Shown piece by piece: positions 1 through 9,316 of a stretch of DNA of 64,000 nt. Location of the stretch: NCBI GenBank assembly GCA_035503455.1, contig DATJTK010000175.1, positions 2,460 to 66,459 on the forward strand, read 5' to 3'. The position numbers and the translations under genes were made by a program. The notes beneath the pieces are model-generated. The model worked only from the letters and a program-made list of their open reading frames with translations, did no database searches and had not been told where the DNA came from. The DNA comes from Candidatus Sulfotelmatobacter sp. Its GTDB lineage: Bacteria; Verrucomicrobiota; Verrucomicrobiia; Limisphaerales; UBA11358. Each line of letters opens with the position of its first letter. The first letter of the stretch is position 1.

Positions 1-600
1 GAAAAATACAATGACAAGGAATTTCGCAAATCGCTCACCGAAGCGCTTGCGGATGGAGTCAAACGGGTGACCCGGCTGTTGAATCAAATGCGATTCCTCG
101 CGCGGGATGAGCGTTCCGAGCCTGTCGCTTTTCCCATCGAACCGCTGCTCGAGGAAGCCTATCAGGAGGCGCGCAAGCATTTGCCCGCCGATAATTCGAA
201 GTGGCAGTGCTCCAACAATGGCGGCAAGCCCATCATCATCACAGGCGACCGCATTTCGCTCAAACACGCGTTTGCTGAAATCATGCTCAACGCGCTCCAG
301 GCCAATCTTAAAGAGCCAAACGTGACCGGCCGGCTGCAAATTGTTTCGGACAAAACCAATTTGCCGAATCTTCAAGTCGAAATCGAAGACAACGGCGACG
401 GATTCTCGCCCGAAGCCGCGCAAAAAGCGCCCGCGCCCTTTTACACAACGCGCAACGTCGGCCTGGGCCTGGGCCTGGTCGTCAGCCGCAAGATTATCGA
501 GTCCCATCATGGCCGGCTGGAAATTCCCGCGCCGCGCCCCGGAGTGCACGGTCTCGTGCGTGTGATGTTGCCGGTGGATGGAGCGCTCCCTCCCGCTTAA
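1..600 (+). CDS. Sensor histidine kinase, C-terminal HATPase_c portion (5' end outside window)
   Basis: Frame is open from nt 1. ATP-binding box motifs are present: MLNALQAN, IEDNGDGF, GLGLGLVVSRKIIESHHGRLEI. Confidence 0.85.
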   Translation, partial: EKYNDKEFRKSLTEALADGVKRVTRLLNQMRFLARDERSEPVAFPIEPLLEEAYQEARKHLPADNSKWQCSNNGGKPIIITGDRISLKHAFAEIMLNALQANLKEPNVTGRLQIVSDKTNLPNLQVEIEDNGDGFSPEAAQKAPAPFYTTRNVGLGLGLVVSRKIIESHHGRLEIPAPRPGVHGLVRVMLPVDGALPPA

Positions 601-668
601 ATTTCTATCGCGTCAATGACAAAAGAAAAAAAAGAAAAAATATTTGATTGAAGTTTTCGTGATTCCCC

Positions 669-697
669 TTGACGGTTTTCCGAAAAGGGCGGATATT
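669..697 (+). promoter_or_regulatory. Candidate sigma-70-type promoter for rpoD (TTGACG-17 nt-GATATT)
   Basis: TTGACG at 669-674, a 17-nt spacer, then GATATT at 692-697, about 30 nt upstream of the ATG at 729. Pattern match only. Confidence 0.3.
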
Positions 698-728
698 CTC
701 CGACACTCGTATTGGCAAGTTGAGTTGT

Positions 729-2444
729 ATGTCGAAATCGAAGGTCATCAAATCCCAGCCGGACATAGCGCGGGAACAAGAGCCATTGGCTTCCGCCGAA
801 AACGATTCCGCACCGTCACCCAATAGCGGCCCACGCACGCTTCAGGACAAAGTCAAAGAACTGGTGCGCCTGTCGCGCGAACAGGGGCGCCTTACTTACA
901 ATGACATTGACGAAGTGCTCGACGGCGCCGCTCCGGAGGAGATGGACGAAGTCTTCGCCAAGCTCCATGCGCTGGACGTGGAAGTCGTGGATCAGGCCGA
1001 CGTGGACCGGGGCAAGCCCCAGGATTCGGATGAAGATGGCAGCCGTTTGGACGCCCTCGACGATCCGGTGCGCATTTACCTCAATCAAATGGGACAAGTG
1101 CCCCTGTTGACGCGGCAGCAGGAAATTGAAATTTCACAGCGAATCGAACTGGCCGAGGAGGACATCCGCAAAATCATTTATCGCCTCGGGTTTGTCGGCA
1201 AGGAGCACATTGCCATCGCCGAGCGCCTGTTGGCTGACCCTCCCAAGGACCGCTTTGACCGCGTGGTCCTTGACCATCTGGCCGAAGACCGTGAAGCCTA
1301 TTTAAAAGCCTTGCGCAAATTGGCTGCGCGCGTGCGCGACCTGGACGCGGAAGCGGACATGCATTTTGTGGCGTGGCGTGATTCCAGCCCCTCCCACCGC
1401 TCCGGGCACGAAGCGGCATTTCGCAAGACGGAGGAAAAGCTCGAGTCGCAGTTCGGGGAATTTGGCTTCAAGCGAATGGTCGTTGAGGAAATGGCGATGG
1501 TAGCCGAAAACATCCACGAAAAAATCCATTACAGCCTCCGCGCGCTGGTCGAAGCGGGCGAACAACGCGAATCCAGCGCCCAACAGCATCTGGTGGAAGC
1601 CGAACGGCAAAAAATTAAAGCGCTCGAGGAATTTGTCCGCATGCCGCACCAGGATTTTCTGGCATTGTTCAACCGCTTGCGCGAGTCCTCAACCCGTGCG
1701 CTCCAGGGCAAGACCGAGATGGTCGAGGCAAATTTGCGGCTCGTCATCGCCATCGCGAAAAAATATACCAATCGCGGGCTCTCCTTTTTGGATTTGATCC
1801 AGGAGGGCAACATCGGTTTGATGAAGGCGGTCGAAAAATTCGAGTACCGCCGCGGTTATAAATTTTCGACGTATTCTTCATGGTGGATCCGGCAGGCCAT
1901 CACGCGCGCCATCGCCGACCAGGGACGCACCATTCGCATCCCCGTCCACATGATCGACATCATCAACAAACTCATGCGTTCGCAAAAGCGCCTCCTGCAG
2001 GATTTCGGACGCGAACCTACTGCCGATGAAATCGCCGAGGAAATGCAGATGCCCGTGGACCGCGTCCGGCAGATCCTCAAAATGGCGCAGCAGCCAATAT
2101 CGCTGAGTTCCCCGGTCGGCGACGGCGACGACGCCAACGTCGGCGATTTTATCGAGGACAAAGGTGCTGGCGATCCCCTGGACCTCACGAGTTTCAGCCT
2201 GCTCAAGGACAAATTGGGCGACGTGCTGTGCAGCTTGAGCGAGCGCGAACAGAAAGTCCTGGAGTTGCGCTTTGGCCTGGGCGATGGCGATGCCCGGACA
2301 CTCGACGAAATCGGGCGCCAATTTCAGGTCACACGCGAACGCATTCGGCAGATCGAAGCCAAAGCACTCCGTAAAATGCGGCATCCCACCCGCATCCGCC
2401 AGTTGCACGGATTTCTTGAGATTAAAAAGTTGGACGTGGATTAG
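729..2444 (+). CDS. rpoD: RNA polymerase primary sigma factor (sigma-70 family)
   Basis: Regions 2-4 are recognisable: [63 protein letters not shown]; [30 protein letters not shown] prefer the ATG at 729 over the TTG at 669 used in the ORF track. Confidence 0.95.
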   Translation: MSKSKVIKSQPDIAREQEPLASAENDSAPSPNSGPRTLQDKVKELVRLSREQGRLTYNDIDEVLDGAAPEEMDEVFAKLHALDVEVVDQADVDRGKPQDSDEDGSRLDALDDPVRIYLNQMGQVPLLTRQQEIEISQRIELAEEDIRKIIYRLGFVGKEHIAIAERLLADPPKDRFDRVVLDHLAEDREAYLKALRKLAARVRDLDAEADMHFVAWRDSSPSHRSGHEAAFRKTEEKLESQFGEFGFKRMVVEEMAMVAENIHEKIHYSLRALVEAGEQRESSAQQHLVEAERQKIKALEEFVRMPHQDFLALFNRLRESSTRALQGKTEMVEANLRLVIAIAKKYTNRGLSFLDLIQEGNIGLMKAVEKFEYRRGYKFSTYSSWWIRQAITRAIADQGRTIRIPVHMIDIINKLMRSQKRLLQDFGREPTADEIAEEMQMPVDRVRQILKMAQQPISLSSPVGDGDDANVGDFIEDKGAGDPLDLTSFSLLKDKLGDVLCSLSEREQKVLELRFGLGDGDARTLDEIGRQFQVTRERIRQIEAKALRKMRHPTRIRQLHGFLEIKKLDVD

Positions 2445-2470
2445 ATCGGCATTCGATGTTCATCTTGTAG

Positions 2471-2490
2471 GCCGGGTGCCCTCACCCGGC
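2471..2490 (+). terminator. GC-rich hairpin downstream of rpoD (gccgggtg-ccct-cacccggc), no U-tract
   Basis: Perfect 8-bp stem with a 4-nt loop, 27 nt after the rpoD stop. The missing T-run makes intrinsic-terminator function uncertain. Confidence 0.3.
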
Positions 2491-2742
2491 GCTTCCGTCG
2501 TCCGTTCCCACACGAACAGGCTGTCCTTGACCTGAATTCAAGGCCGGCCATTTACACCCACCCCCCGGCTCGAAAAATCCCGAATTTTCCAGCAAAACGG
2601 CCCCGTTTGCCGTCGCCATTACCGTTTTTACCCCGTCGTTTACCCGTTTACTCACCTATAGACACAAAATGTGAAAGTGTCTTTCGCGCGACCATTTCGT
2701 TGGCCCCTGTGCTTCCGTTGTCCGAAATGCCAGATTGCTGTT

Positions 2743-2778
2743 CCCTCTCCGCTCCCATTCTGATGGGAGGGGAGAGGG
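2743..2778. repeat. 16-bp-stem hairpin (ccctctccgctcccat-tctg-atgggaggggagaggg)
   Basis: Inverted repeat with 15 of 16 positions paired, in the rpoD-panC intergenic region. Confidence 0.6.
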
Positions 2779-2880
2779 TAAGGGTGAGGTGAGGGTCGGA
2801 TAGGGCAGTCGTTGGTCTGATTCCTTATTTCCTGCCTTCCTCATTTTCCCTTTTAATTTTTACACTCCTCCGTCACTTTC

Positions 2881-3756
2881 ATGTCGATGCAAACTGTCTC
2901 ATCCATTGCTTCAATGCAGCGTCTGGCAAACAAATGGCGGCGCGAGGGCGCGCTGATTGGGTTGGTCCCCACAATGGGATACCTGCACGCGGGACACCTG
3001 AGCCTGGCGCGCGAAGCGCGCAAACGGGTTGGCAAGGGCGGCCGCGTGGTGGCCAGCATTTACGTAAACCCCACACAATTTGCGCCCACCGAAGATTTTT
3101 CGAAATATCCTCGCGACCTGAAACGTGATTTAAATCTGCTCCGCAAAGAAGGCGTGGACGTGGTTTTTGCGCCGGACGACCGGGAAATGTATCCGGACCG
3201 GCGCGATGTTCCCGAAGGCTACAGCACCTATGTCGTCGAGGAAAAATTGTCGCGCAGCATGGAAGGAGCGTCGCGGCCAACACATTTTCGCGGTGTGACG
3301 ACCATCGTCGCCAAGCTGTTTAACATTGTCCAGCCGGACGTGGCCGTTTTTGGCCAAAAAGATTTCCAGCAGGCGGCAATCATCAAACGAATGCAGCGCG
3401 ACTTAAATTTTTCGGTGCGGGTGATTGTATCGCGGACGGTGCGTGAAGCTGACGGCCTGGCGATGAGTTCGCGAAACAAATATCTCGAAGGCGATTTGCG
3501 GCGGCAGGCGGTAGTACTGCGGCGCGCGCTGGATGCTGTCCAGTCGGCGGTCAAAAAATCCGGGAGAATTTCGGCGGACGCGCTGAAAGCGGACGTCAAA
3601 AAGCTCATCGAAACCGAGCCGGATGCGAAACTGGATTACGTGGAATTTTTCGAACCGGATACGCTCATGCCTGTGGCCGAGGTCTCGACGGGCAGCCAAA
3701 TGGCCTTGGCGGTGTTTGTCGGAAAAACAAGGTTAATTGATAATGAAAGGATCTAA
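2881..3756 (+). CDS. panC: Pantoate--beta-alanine ligase
   Basis: [14 protein letters not shown] and YVNPTQF motifs, with the typical length of about 290 aa. Confidence 0.93.
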   Translation: MSMQTVSSIASMQRLANKWRREGALIGLVPTMGYLHAGHLSLAREARKRVGKGGRVVASIYVNPTQFAPTEDFSKYPRDLKRDLNLLRKEGVDVVFAPDDREMYPDRRDVPEGYSTYVVEEKLSRSMEGASRPTHFRGVTTIVAKLFNIVQPDVAVFGQKDFQQAAIIKRMQRDLNFSVRVIVSRTVREADGLAMSSRNKYLEGDLRRQAVVLRRALDAVQSAVKKSGRISADALKADVKKLIETEPDAKLDYVEFFEPDTLMPVAEVSTGSQMALAVFVGKTRLIDNERI

Positions 3757-5023
3757 ATCCAAAACGCTTTTCGCGGAAGCTTTGAAATATATTCCGGGCG
3801 GCGTGAATTCGCCCGTGCGCGCGTTCCGCGCAGTGGGAGGAATTCCCTTTTTTGTGGATCGCGCGAAGGGCGCCCGCGTTTGGGACGTGGACGGCAACGA
3901 ACTCATTGATTATGTCTGCACGTGGGGGCCGGCGATTCTTGGCCATGGGCACCCGAATATCATTTCTGCAGTCAAGGCTGCCGCGCAAAAGGGCGCCAGT
4001 TTCGGAATTCCGAACCCTTACGAAGTGGAAATCGCGAAACGAATTTGCAAGCTTGTGCCTTCGGTCCAAAAAATCCGCATGACCAATTCCGGCACGGAAG
4101 CGTGCATGAGCGCCATCCGGCTGGCGCGCGGATTTACGCGGCGCGATAAAATCATAAAATTCGACGGCTGTTATCACGGCCATGCCGATTCACTCCTGGT
4201 CAAGGCCGGCAGCGGCGCGCTGACTTTTGGCAATCCCGATAGCGCGGGCGTGCCCGCCGATTTCGCCAAGCACACCATTGTGTTGCCCTTCAACGACGCA
4301 GACGCCGTCAACGCCGCTTTTGCCGCCAACGGGAACCAAATCGCAGCCATCATTGTTGAGCCGGTTCCGGGCAATGCGGGACTGTATTTGCCTCGCGAAG
4401 GATATCTCGAGTTTCTGCGCGAAGTTACAAAAGCCCGTGGCGCGCTCCTGATTTTTGACGAGGTCATGACCGGCTTTCGGCTTGCGCCGGGCGGCGCACA
4501 GGAGCGTTTTGGAATTTCTCCGGACCTGACCTGCTTTGGCAAAATCATCGGCGGCGGTCTTCCAGTGGGGGCGTTTGGCGGGCGGGCGGACATTATGGAT
4601 TGTCTTGCGCCGTTGGGACCGGTCTACCAGGCGGGGACGTTGAGCGGGAATCCCATCGCCATGGCGGCGGGACTTGCCGCCCTCGCGGAGTTGGGCAGGC
4701 GCGTTTATACGGCGCTCGAAAAATCCGGGCGCCATCTCGAAACCGGCATGCGCGAGGCCGCCAAAGCGGCGGGAGTTCCAGTCCAGTTCAATCGCTGCGG
4801 CTCGATGTTTTGCGCGTATTTCACAAACGAACCAGTTTGGAACCTCGCCGATGCCATGAAAAGTGACCGCGCCCGTTTCTCAAAATTCTTTCACGGAATG
4901 CTGCACGAGGGGATATACCTGGCGCCGTCCCAATTTGAGGCGGGATTTATTTCCACCGCTCACATGCCGGCCGACGTGGATGCAACTATCCGCGCAGCGG
5001 CGAGGGTTTTGGCGCGCCTGTAA
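3743..5023 (+). CDS. hemL: Glutamate-1-semialdehyde 2,1-aminomutase
   Basis: [12 protein letters not shown] and the class-III aminotransferase core [12 protein letters not shown] at 3743 (MKGSKSK) overlaps the panC 3' end by 14 nt. Confidence 0.93.
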   Translation: MKGSKSKTLFAEALKYIPGGVNSPVRAFRAVGGIPFFVDRAKGARVWDVDGNELIDYVCTWGPAILGHGHPNIISAVKAAAQKGASFGIPNPYEVEIAKRICKLVPSVQKIRMTNSGTEACMSAIRLARGFTRRDKIIKFDGCYHGHADSLLVKAGSGALTFGNPDSAGVPADFAKHTIVLPFNDADAVNAAFAANGNQIAAIIVEPVPGNAGLYLPREGYLEFLREVTKARGALLIFDEVMTGFRLAPGGAQERFGISPDLTCFGKIIGGGLPVGAFGGRADIMDCLAPLGPVYQAGTLSGNPIAMAAGLAALAELGRRVYTALEKSGRHLETGMREAAKAAGVPVQFNRCGSMFCAYFTNEPVWNLADAMKSDRARFSKFFHGMLHEGIYLAPSQFEAGFISTAHMPADVDATIRAAARVLARL

Positions 5024-5115
5024 CTTTCATTTATCTAATCCGTCTAATAAAAAGTAATCCGATGCCATGCGCCTCGGGTGACCCATTGGACCATAAACTG
5101 GGAAAGGAAGGATTT

Positions 5116-5565
5116 ATGAAATTGAATAGGATGCTTGTTTTAACGGGGCTTGCTGCGGGTGGTTTGGTCGCCTGCGGTTCAGTGTTTGGCCAGGAAACCA
5201 CGACTCACGAGATCACGTCGATGACCACGAATGCCACCTCTCATGTTTCTCACATGTTTTCGAGTTCGAGCATGGACAAGTTGTCGCAGGAGCTGGGTTT
5301 GACGGACTCTCAAAAACATCAGGTGCAGTCCGTTTTCTCGTCTGAACGCGAGCAAATGCGCGATGTGCACAAGGACACAACCCTATCCACGGGTGAAAGG
5401 CGGTCGAAAATGAGCGACATCCGCGACAGTTTGGACACGAAAATGAAGGGCATTCTTACCCCGGATCAATACCAAAAATGGCAAAAGTTGACTCACTCGA
5501 GCCATATGACGCGGCCAACGGTGCCCTCGGTGAGCCCGAACGCGCCCGCCGGGTCAACGCAGTAA
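5116..5565 (+). CDS. Secreted LTXXQ-motif (Spy/CpxP-like) protein
   Basis: ATG at 5116 is preceded by GGAAAGGAAGG. Signal-like N-terminus MKLNRMLVLTGLAAGGLVACGSVFG. Two LTxxQ motifs (LGLTDSQKHQ, ILTPDQYQKW). Confidence 0.6.
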   Translation: MKLNRMLVLTGLAAGGLVACGSVFGQETTTHEITSMTTNATSHVSHMFSSSSMDKLSQELGLTDSQKHQVQSVFSSEREQMRDVHKDTTLSTGERRSKMSDIRDSLDTKMKGILTPDQYQKWQKLTHSSHMTRPTVPSVSPNAPAGSTQ

Positions 5566-5570
5566 TTGAT

Positions 5571-5646
5571 AGTGGGACAGGCTTCAAGCCTGTCTGGCTT
5601 CCTGGAAAAATTTCGCCCTGTTGGCAGGCAAGACGCCTGTCCCACT
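5571..5646. repeat. Nested inverted repeat between convergent genes (agtgggacaggc ... gcctgtcccact, plus inner hairpin gacaggc-ttcaa-gcctgtc)
   Basis: The 12-nt arms at 5571-5582 and 5635-5646 are perfectly complementary. The inner 7-bp hairpin lies at 5576-5594. Possible bidirectional terminator. Confidence 0.55.
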
Positions 5647-5650
5647 GGAG

Positions 5651-6034
5651 TCAGGCGCCGACTAGAGCTTTATACTGCTCGGCGGACATGAGCGAACTGA
5701 GTTCGGCGGGATCGCTCAATTTGATCTTGAAAAACCACCCGTTGCCGTAGGGTTCGGTATTTGCCTTGGCCGGTTCGTCTACGACCGATTTGTTCGTTTC
5801 CAGGATTTGGCCGCTCAGGGGCGCGTAAATATCGCTGGCCGTTTTTACGGATTCCACCACCGCGCAGGCGTCCCCGGATTTCACCTGGCGTCCGGCTTCG
5901 GGCAATTCGACAAAGACGATGTCCGTCAGTTCCTGCTGGGCGTGGTCGGTAATCCCGATGGTCGCCGTGCCGCCGTCTGCGCGGACCCACTCATGCGATT
6001 TGGTGTACTTCAAGTCCGAAGGAATATTGCTCAT
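5651..6034 (-). CDS. gcvH: Glycine cleavage system protein H
   Basis: Lipoyl-attachment motif [15 protein letters not shown]; 127 aa. Confidence 0.95.
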   Translation of the reverse strand: MSNIPSDLKYTKSHEWVRADGGTATIGITDHAQQELTDIVFVELPEAGRQVKSGDACAVVESVKTASDIYAPLSGQILETNKSVVDEPAKANTEPYGNGWFFKIKLSDPAELSSLMSAEQYKALVGA

Positions 6035-6096
6035 AACATTGTATCGCAGCTTAACCCAGGAATAAAAAATTCAAAATTAAAAATGTCCCTGCCCAA

Positions 6097-7224
6097 CTAC
6101 TTCGGCTTTCGATAAATCGGCTTGGGCACGATTACCGCGGGAAATGGTTTGCCGCGAATTTCGATATCAATGTGCCCGTTGGCGCCTCCGGGCGGCACAT
6201 AACCCATGCCAATGCCAATGCCCAGGGATGGACTTTGGGTGCCGCTCGTAACCATTCCCACCGAAGCGCCCCCGGCCAGGATCGGGTAATGTGGACGCGG
6301 CGGCGCGGATTTTTCCGCCATCTTAAACGCTACGAGCTTTTTGTTTGTGCCGTTGGCCTTTTGTTTCGCAAGAACTTCGCGTCCCACAAAATCGCCTTTG
6401 TCGAGCGCGACGAAATAGCCCAGGCCGGCCTCAATCGGGGTCGTTTGCTCGTCCAATTCATTGCCGTAAAGCGGATAACAAGCTTCGGTACGCAACGTAT
6501 CGCGGGCGCCCAGGCCGCACGGCTTGATTCCGAAGGGCTCGCCAATTTTGAGAATTTTCTCCCACAAGCGGCTAATGGCCCAATCGCCGCCAATAATTTC
6601 GAATCCGTCTTCGCCGGTATAACCGGTGCGGGAAACCAGCACACCGCCGCCTTCGGAGGAAAATTCGCCAATTTGATTTTTATGCAGGTCGGTCACGCGG
6701 TTGACGCGCACGCAGGCCATGGACCCCCCGGAAATGCAGTCGTCAATAAACTCCTTCACGCGCGGACCCTGAACGGCCACCGCGGAATAATTGTGGGAGG
6801 TGTCCGTGAGAAACACGTTGGCGCGCTCGGAAAACTGCTGATACTGTTTCTTGAGCCATTCGGCGTCCGCCTCCGCGCGCGCCGCATTGATGATGAGCAG
6901 ATACACCTCGGTGGAAAGCTTGTAGCAGTATAAATCATCAATCACGCCGCCGCGCTCGTTGCACATCAGCGTGTATTGGCCATGGCCGGACGTCAATTTT
7001 CGGAGATCGTTGGTCAAAACATGGTTCAAAAACGCCTCCGCGCAAGAGCCCGATACGGTGACCTCACTCATGTGGGATATGTCGAAAATGCCAGCCGCCG
7101 TTCGCACGGCCGTGTGTTCGGCAACAAGACCGGAATAGTGCACCGGCATTTCCCAGCCGCCAAAGTTAATGAGCCGGGCGCCCAGTTTTTTATGCGCCTT
7201 AAAAAGGGCAGTTCGCTTGTGCAT
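6097..7224 (-). CDS. gcvT: Glycine cleavage system aminomethyltransferase T
   Basis: NFGGWEMPVHYSG, GIFDISHM and SRTGYTGEDGFEI motifs; 375 aa. Confidence 0.93.
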   Translation of the reverse strand: MHKRTALFKAHKKLGARLINFGGWEMPVHYSGLVAEHTAVRTAAGIFDISHMSEVTVSGSCAEAFLNHVLTNDLRKLTSGHGQYTLMCNERGGVIDDLYCYKLSTEVYLLIINAARAEADAEWLKKQYQQFSERANVFLTDTSHNYSAVAVQGPRVKEFIDDCISGGSMACVRVNRVTDLHKNQIGEFSSEGGGVLVSRTGYTGEDGFEIIGGDWAISRLWEKILKIGEPFGIKPCGLGARDTLRTEACYPLYGNELDEQTTPIEAGLGYFVALDKGDFVGREVLAKQKANGTNKKLVAFKMAEKSAPPRPHYPILAGGASVGMVTSGTQSPSLGIGIGMGYVPPGGANGHIDIEIRGKPFPAVIVPKPIYRKPK

Positions 7225-7237
7225 CGATCCAAATAGT

Positions 7238-7903
7238 TTATTGCAGAGATTCCAAAGTTAACTTGCGCACTTCGATGTCGCCGCCTTCAGCCTGGATGCC
7301 GATGTAGCCGGAAGTTATTGTGCAACCGGTGATTTGGTTCATCACCTTGCCGTTGACGAACAGGCCGATGGCGCTGCCGTTGCAAACAATCTCATTCGTG
7401 TCCCATTCCCCGGCTGGATTCTCATTGGGCGGCCCCATTTGATAGACAAAAATGGCCTTTTTGCCCGCCGGGTGGCCATCCGCCCCGGCGCCCGGTTGCA
7501 AAATGAGGTCGCCCTGATGCTGGAATAATCCCTGGCACTCGACACATTCCGGCCACACTTTGTCCGGGGACTGGATATGAACAAAAATCCCCGAATTATC
7601 CGCATGCGGCGCGACCTTCACAAAGCGCCAGATGCAAGTCAGCTTGTAATCATGATAGGTTTGTGTGGTCCGTGCGTAGCCGTAAGGCTGGCCCGTACAG
7701 TGAATGACGCCGTCCCTCACGCTCCAGGTGTTGGCCGGGTCGGAATTGTTTCTCATGCAGAATTTCCAGCCATCCAGGTTGGTGCCGTTAAAGAGTTCGA
7801 TCGTTGCGGTTTTCTCCGGCGTCGGCGTAGTTTGACAGCCTGCGAGAACCAAAAGAGCAATGGCTAACGCTGCGGCAGCGGAAAGTTTTGTCGCGGTTTT
7901 CAC
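7238..7903 (-). CDS. DUF1080 (3-keto-disaccharide hydrolase-like) lipoprotein
   Basis: Lipobox [19 protein letters not shown] ... WSVRDGVI ... [17 protein letters not shown] is the usual DUF1080 pattern. GTG start. Confidence 0.8.
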   Translation of the reverse strand: MKTATKLSAAAALAIALLVLAGCQTTPTPEKTATIELFNGTNLDGWKFCMRNNSDPANTWSVRDGVIHCTGQPYGYARTTQTYHDYKLTCIWRFVKVAPHADNSGIFVHIQSPDKVWPECVECQGLFQHQGDLILQPGAGADGHPAGKKAIFVYQMGPPNENPAGEWDTNEIVCNGSAIGLFVNGKVMNQITGCTITSGYIGIQAEGGDIEVRKLTLESLQ

Positions 7904-8022
7904 GGGCGAAACATATCAATGAATCAGGAAAAAGGAAAAAGGAAAAAGAGGACCGCAATTCACCGTCAAAAAATAGCAAGCGGTCGAAAGCGGTGGACAA
8001 TCCATTCTGCGAGACTCTTGCT

Positions 8023-8844
8023 ATGAAAAAAATTGAGCGCGGATTTACACTGATCGAATTACTGGTCGTCATTGCCATCATCGCCATCCTTGCGGCGATT
8101 CTGCTGCCCGTGCTGGCCCAGGCAAGGGAAAAAGCCGTTCGCGCCGCCTGTCTGAGCAATTTGCGGCAGTGGGGAACGGCGCTGTCCATGTACCTGGACG
8201 ACAACAAGATTTTTCCATTGGCGAAAATCCCCAATGGCACGCCGGGCGCGCCCTCCGGTTACGACGAGGATGATCCGAGTTGGAGTGCTCTCATTGCCTT
8301 TCACGCCGCCGGGCAGGGCGACGATGTCTGGTACAACGCGCTTCCATCTTACGCGGGCGGCGTGCCGCTCTGGCAGATTGCGCAGGCAAATGGTACGACC
8401 AGTTTCGTGGGCGCCAGGAAAATTTTTGACTGTGGTACCGCCCAGGAATTGCCGTCTGATTTTGCCTCCAACCCGGACCGTATCGTGTTCAATTACGGAA
8501 TGAACTATAAGGGCAACTACGGATTGAATGGCATCGGTTACGGCACCAATTTCACAGAGACAATGGTTTCGCATCCGTCGGCGTTTGTTTTCCTGTCCGA
8601 CGTTCGGGCGCATGCAAGCGAGCAGCCCTTCTACGGGTCGAATCCGTCAAATGAAGTTGGCTGCTCTCATTGCTGGGCAGCCCAAATTTCATCCCGCCAT
8701 AACGCCGGCGCAAACATTACATTTGGCGACGGCCACGTCGCATGGTTCAAATATTCCTATATCTGCGCCAATCTGGGCACCTCTGCCGGCGATGCCGGAG
8801 ATCCCGACATCAACTGGACGTATAACGGCGTGCCGATTCCGTAA
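8023..8844 (+). CDS. Prepilin-type N-terminal cleavage/methylation domain protein, H-X9-DG (DUF1559) family
   Basis: [25 protein letters not shown] at the N-terminus after the ATG at 8023. C-terminal [12 protein letters not shown] motif. Confidence 0.9.
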   Translation: MKKIERGFTLIELLVVIAIIAILAAILLPVLAQAREKAVRAACLSNLRQWGTALSMYLDDNKIFPLAKIPNGTPGAPSGYDEDDPSWSALIAFHAAGQGDDVWYNALPSYAGGVPLWQIAQANGTTSFVGARKIFDCGTAQELPSDFASNPDRIVFNYGMNYKGNYGLNGIGYGTNFTETMVSHPSAFVFLSDVRAHASEQPFYGSNPSNEVGCSHCWAAQISSRHNAGANITFGDGHVAWFKYSYICANLGTSAGDAGDPDINWTYNGVPIP

Positions 8845-8851
8845 TCACAGC

Positions 8852-8967
8852 CGTGATACGTGGTGCGTGTTACGTCAAGTACGTGGTCACGGGTGGTGGA
8901 ACACGGCGCGCTGCGCCGCAACGAGTGTGTTCACTCGTACTTGACGCATGGCGCACCACGCAACACG
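8852..8967. repeat. About 116-nt extended inverted repeat (32-nt arms, 25/32 complementary) between the H-X9-DG gene and moaD
   Basis: Arms at 8852-8883 and 8936-8967. The centre contains a further small hairpin, ggcgc-gct-gcgcc. The repeat starts 8 nt after the upstream stop and ends 9 nt before the moaD GTG. Confidence 0.7.
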
Positions 8968-8975
8968 ATGAGGCC

Positions 8976-9215
8976 GTGCGCATTCTATTTTTTGCCCAGC
9001 TCAAGGACGCCACGAAATGCGATTTCATTGAAATCGCGTTTTCATCGCCCGTGAGCTCTGAGGAATTGTGGGCTGAATTGCTCAAAAGATTTCCGGCGCT
9101 GGGAGGGCATCGTTCCAGCGTCCGTCTGGCGCGGAATTTCGAGTACATAACCGCTGACGCCCGTTTTTCCAACGGCGACGAAGTCGCGCTCATTCCACCG
9201 GTTTCGGGAGGATAA
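8976..9215 (+). CDS. moaD: Molybdopterin synthase sulfur carrier subunit MoaD
   Basis: C-terminus ...ALIPPVSGG (Gly-Gly end) in Moco operon context. I chose the GTG at 8976 to give the expected ~79 aa; the ORF-track start at 8853 would run through the inverted repeat. Confidence 0.7.
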   Translation: MRILFFAQLKDATKCDFIEIAFSSPVSSEELWAELLKRFPALGGHRSSVRLARNFEYITADARFSNGDEVALIPPVSGG

Positions 9216-9220
9216 AGCCA

Positions 9221-9316
9221 TGGATTATTGGATTTTTGGATTAGTGGATTGTTGGAAGATGCCAATCGCACGGCGCTTTTTCCATCAATCCATAAATCCA
9301 TCTATCCATCAATCCA
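9221..9316. repeat. Inverted arrays of 8-bp tandem units: (GGATTNNT)x4 at 9222-9253 and (ANNAATCC)x4 at 9284-9315
   Basis: Read directly from the sequence. The two arrays are separated by 30 nt. The second array ends 1 nt before the ATG at 9317. Confidence 0.8.

Noticed and set aside
8852-8967. Moco riboswitch upstream of the moa operon
   Set aside because: The fold is a single long rod rather than the multi-stem junction of the Moco motif, and I see none of its conserved junction sequences. I kept it as a finding only as an unexplained structure, pending an Rfam scan.
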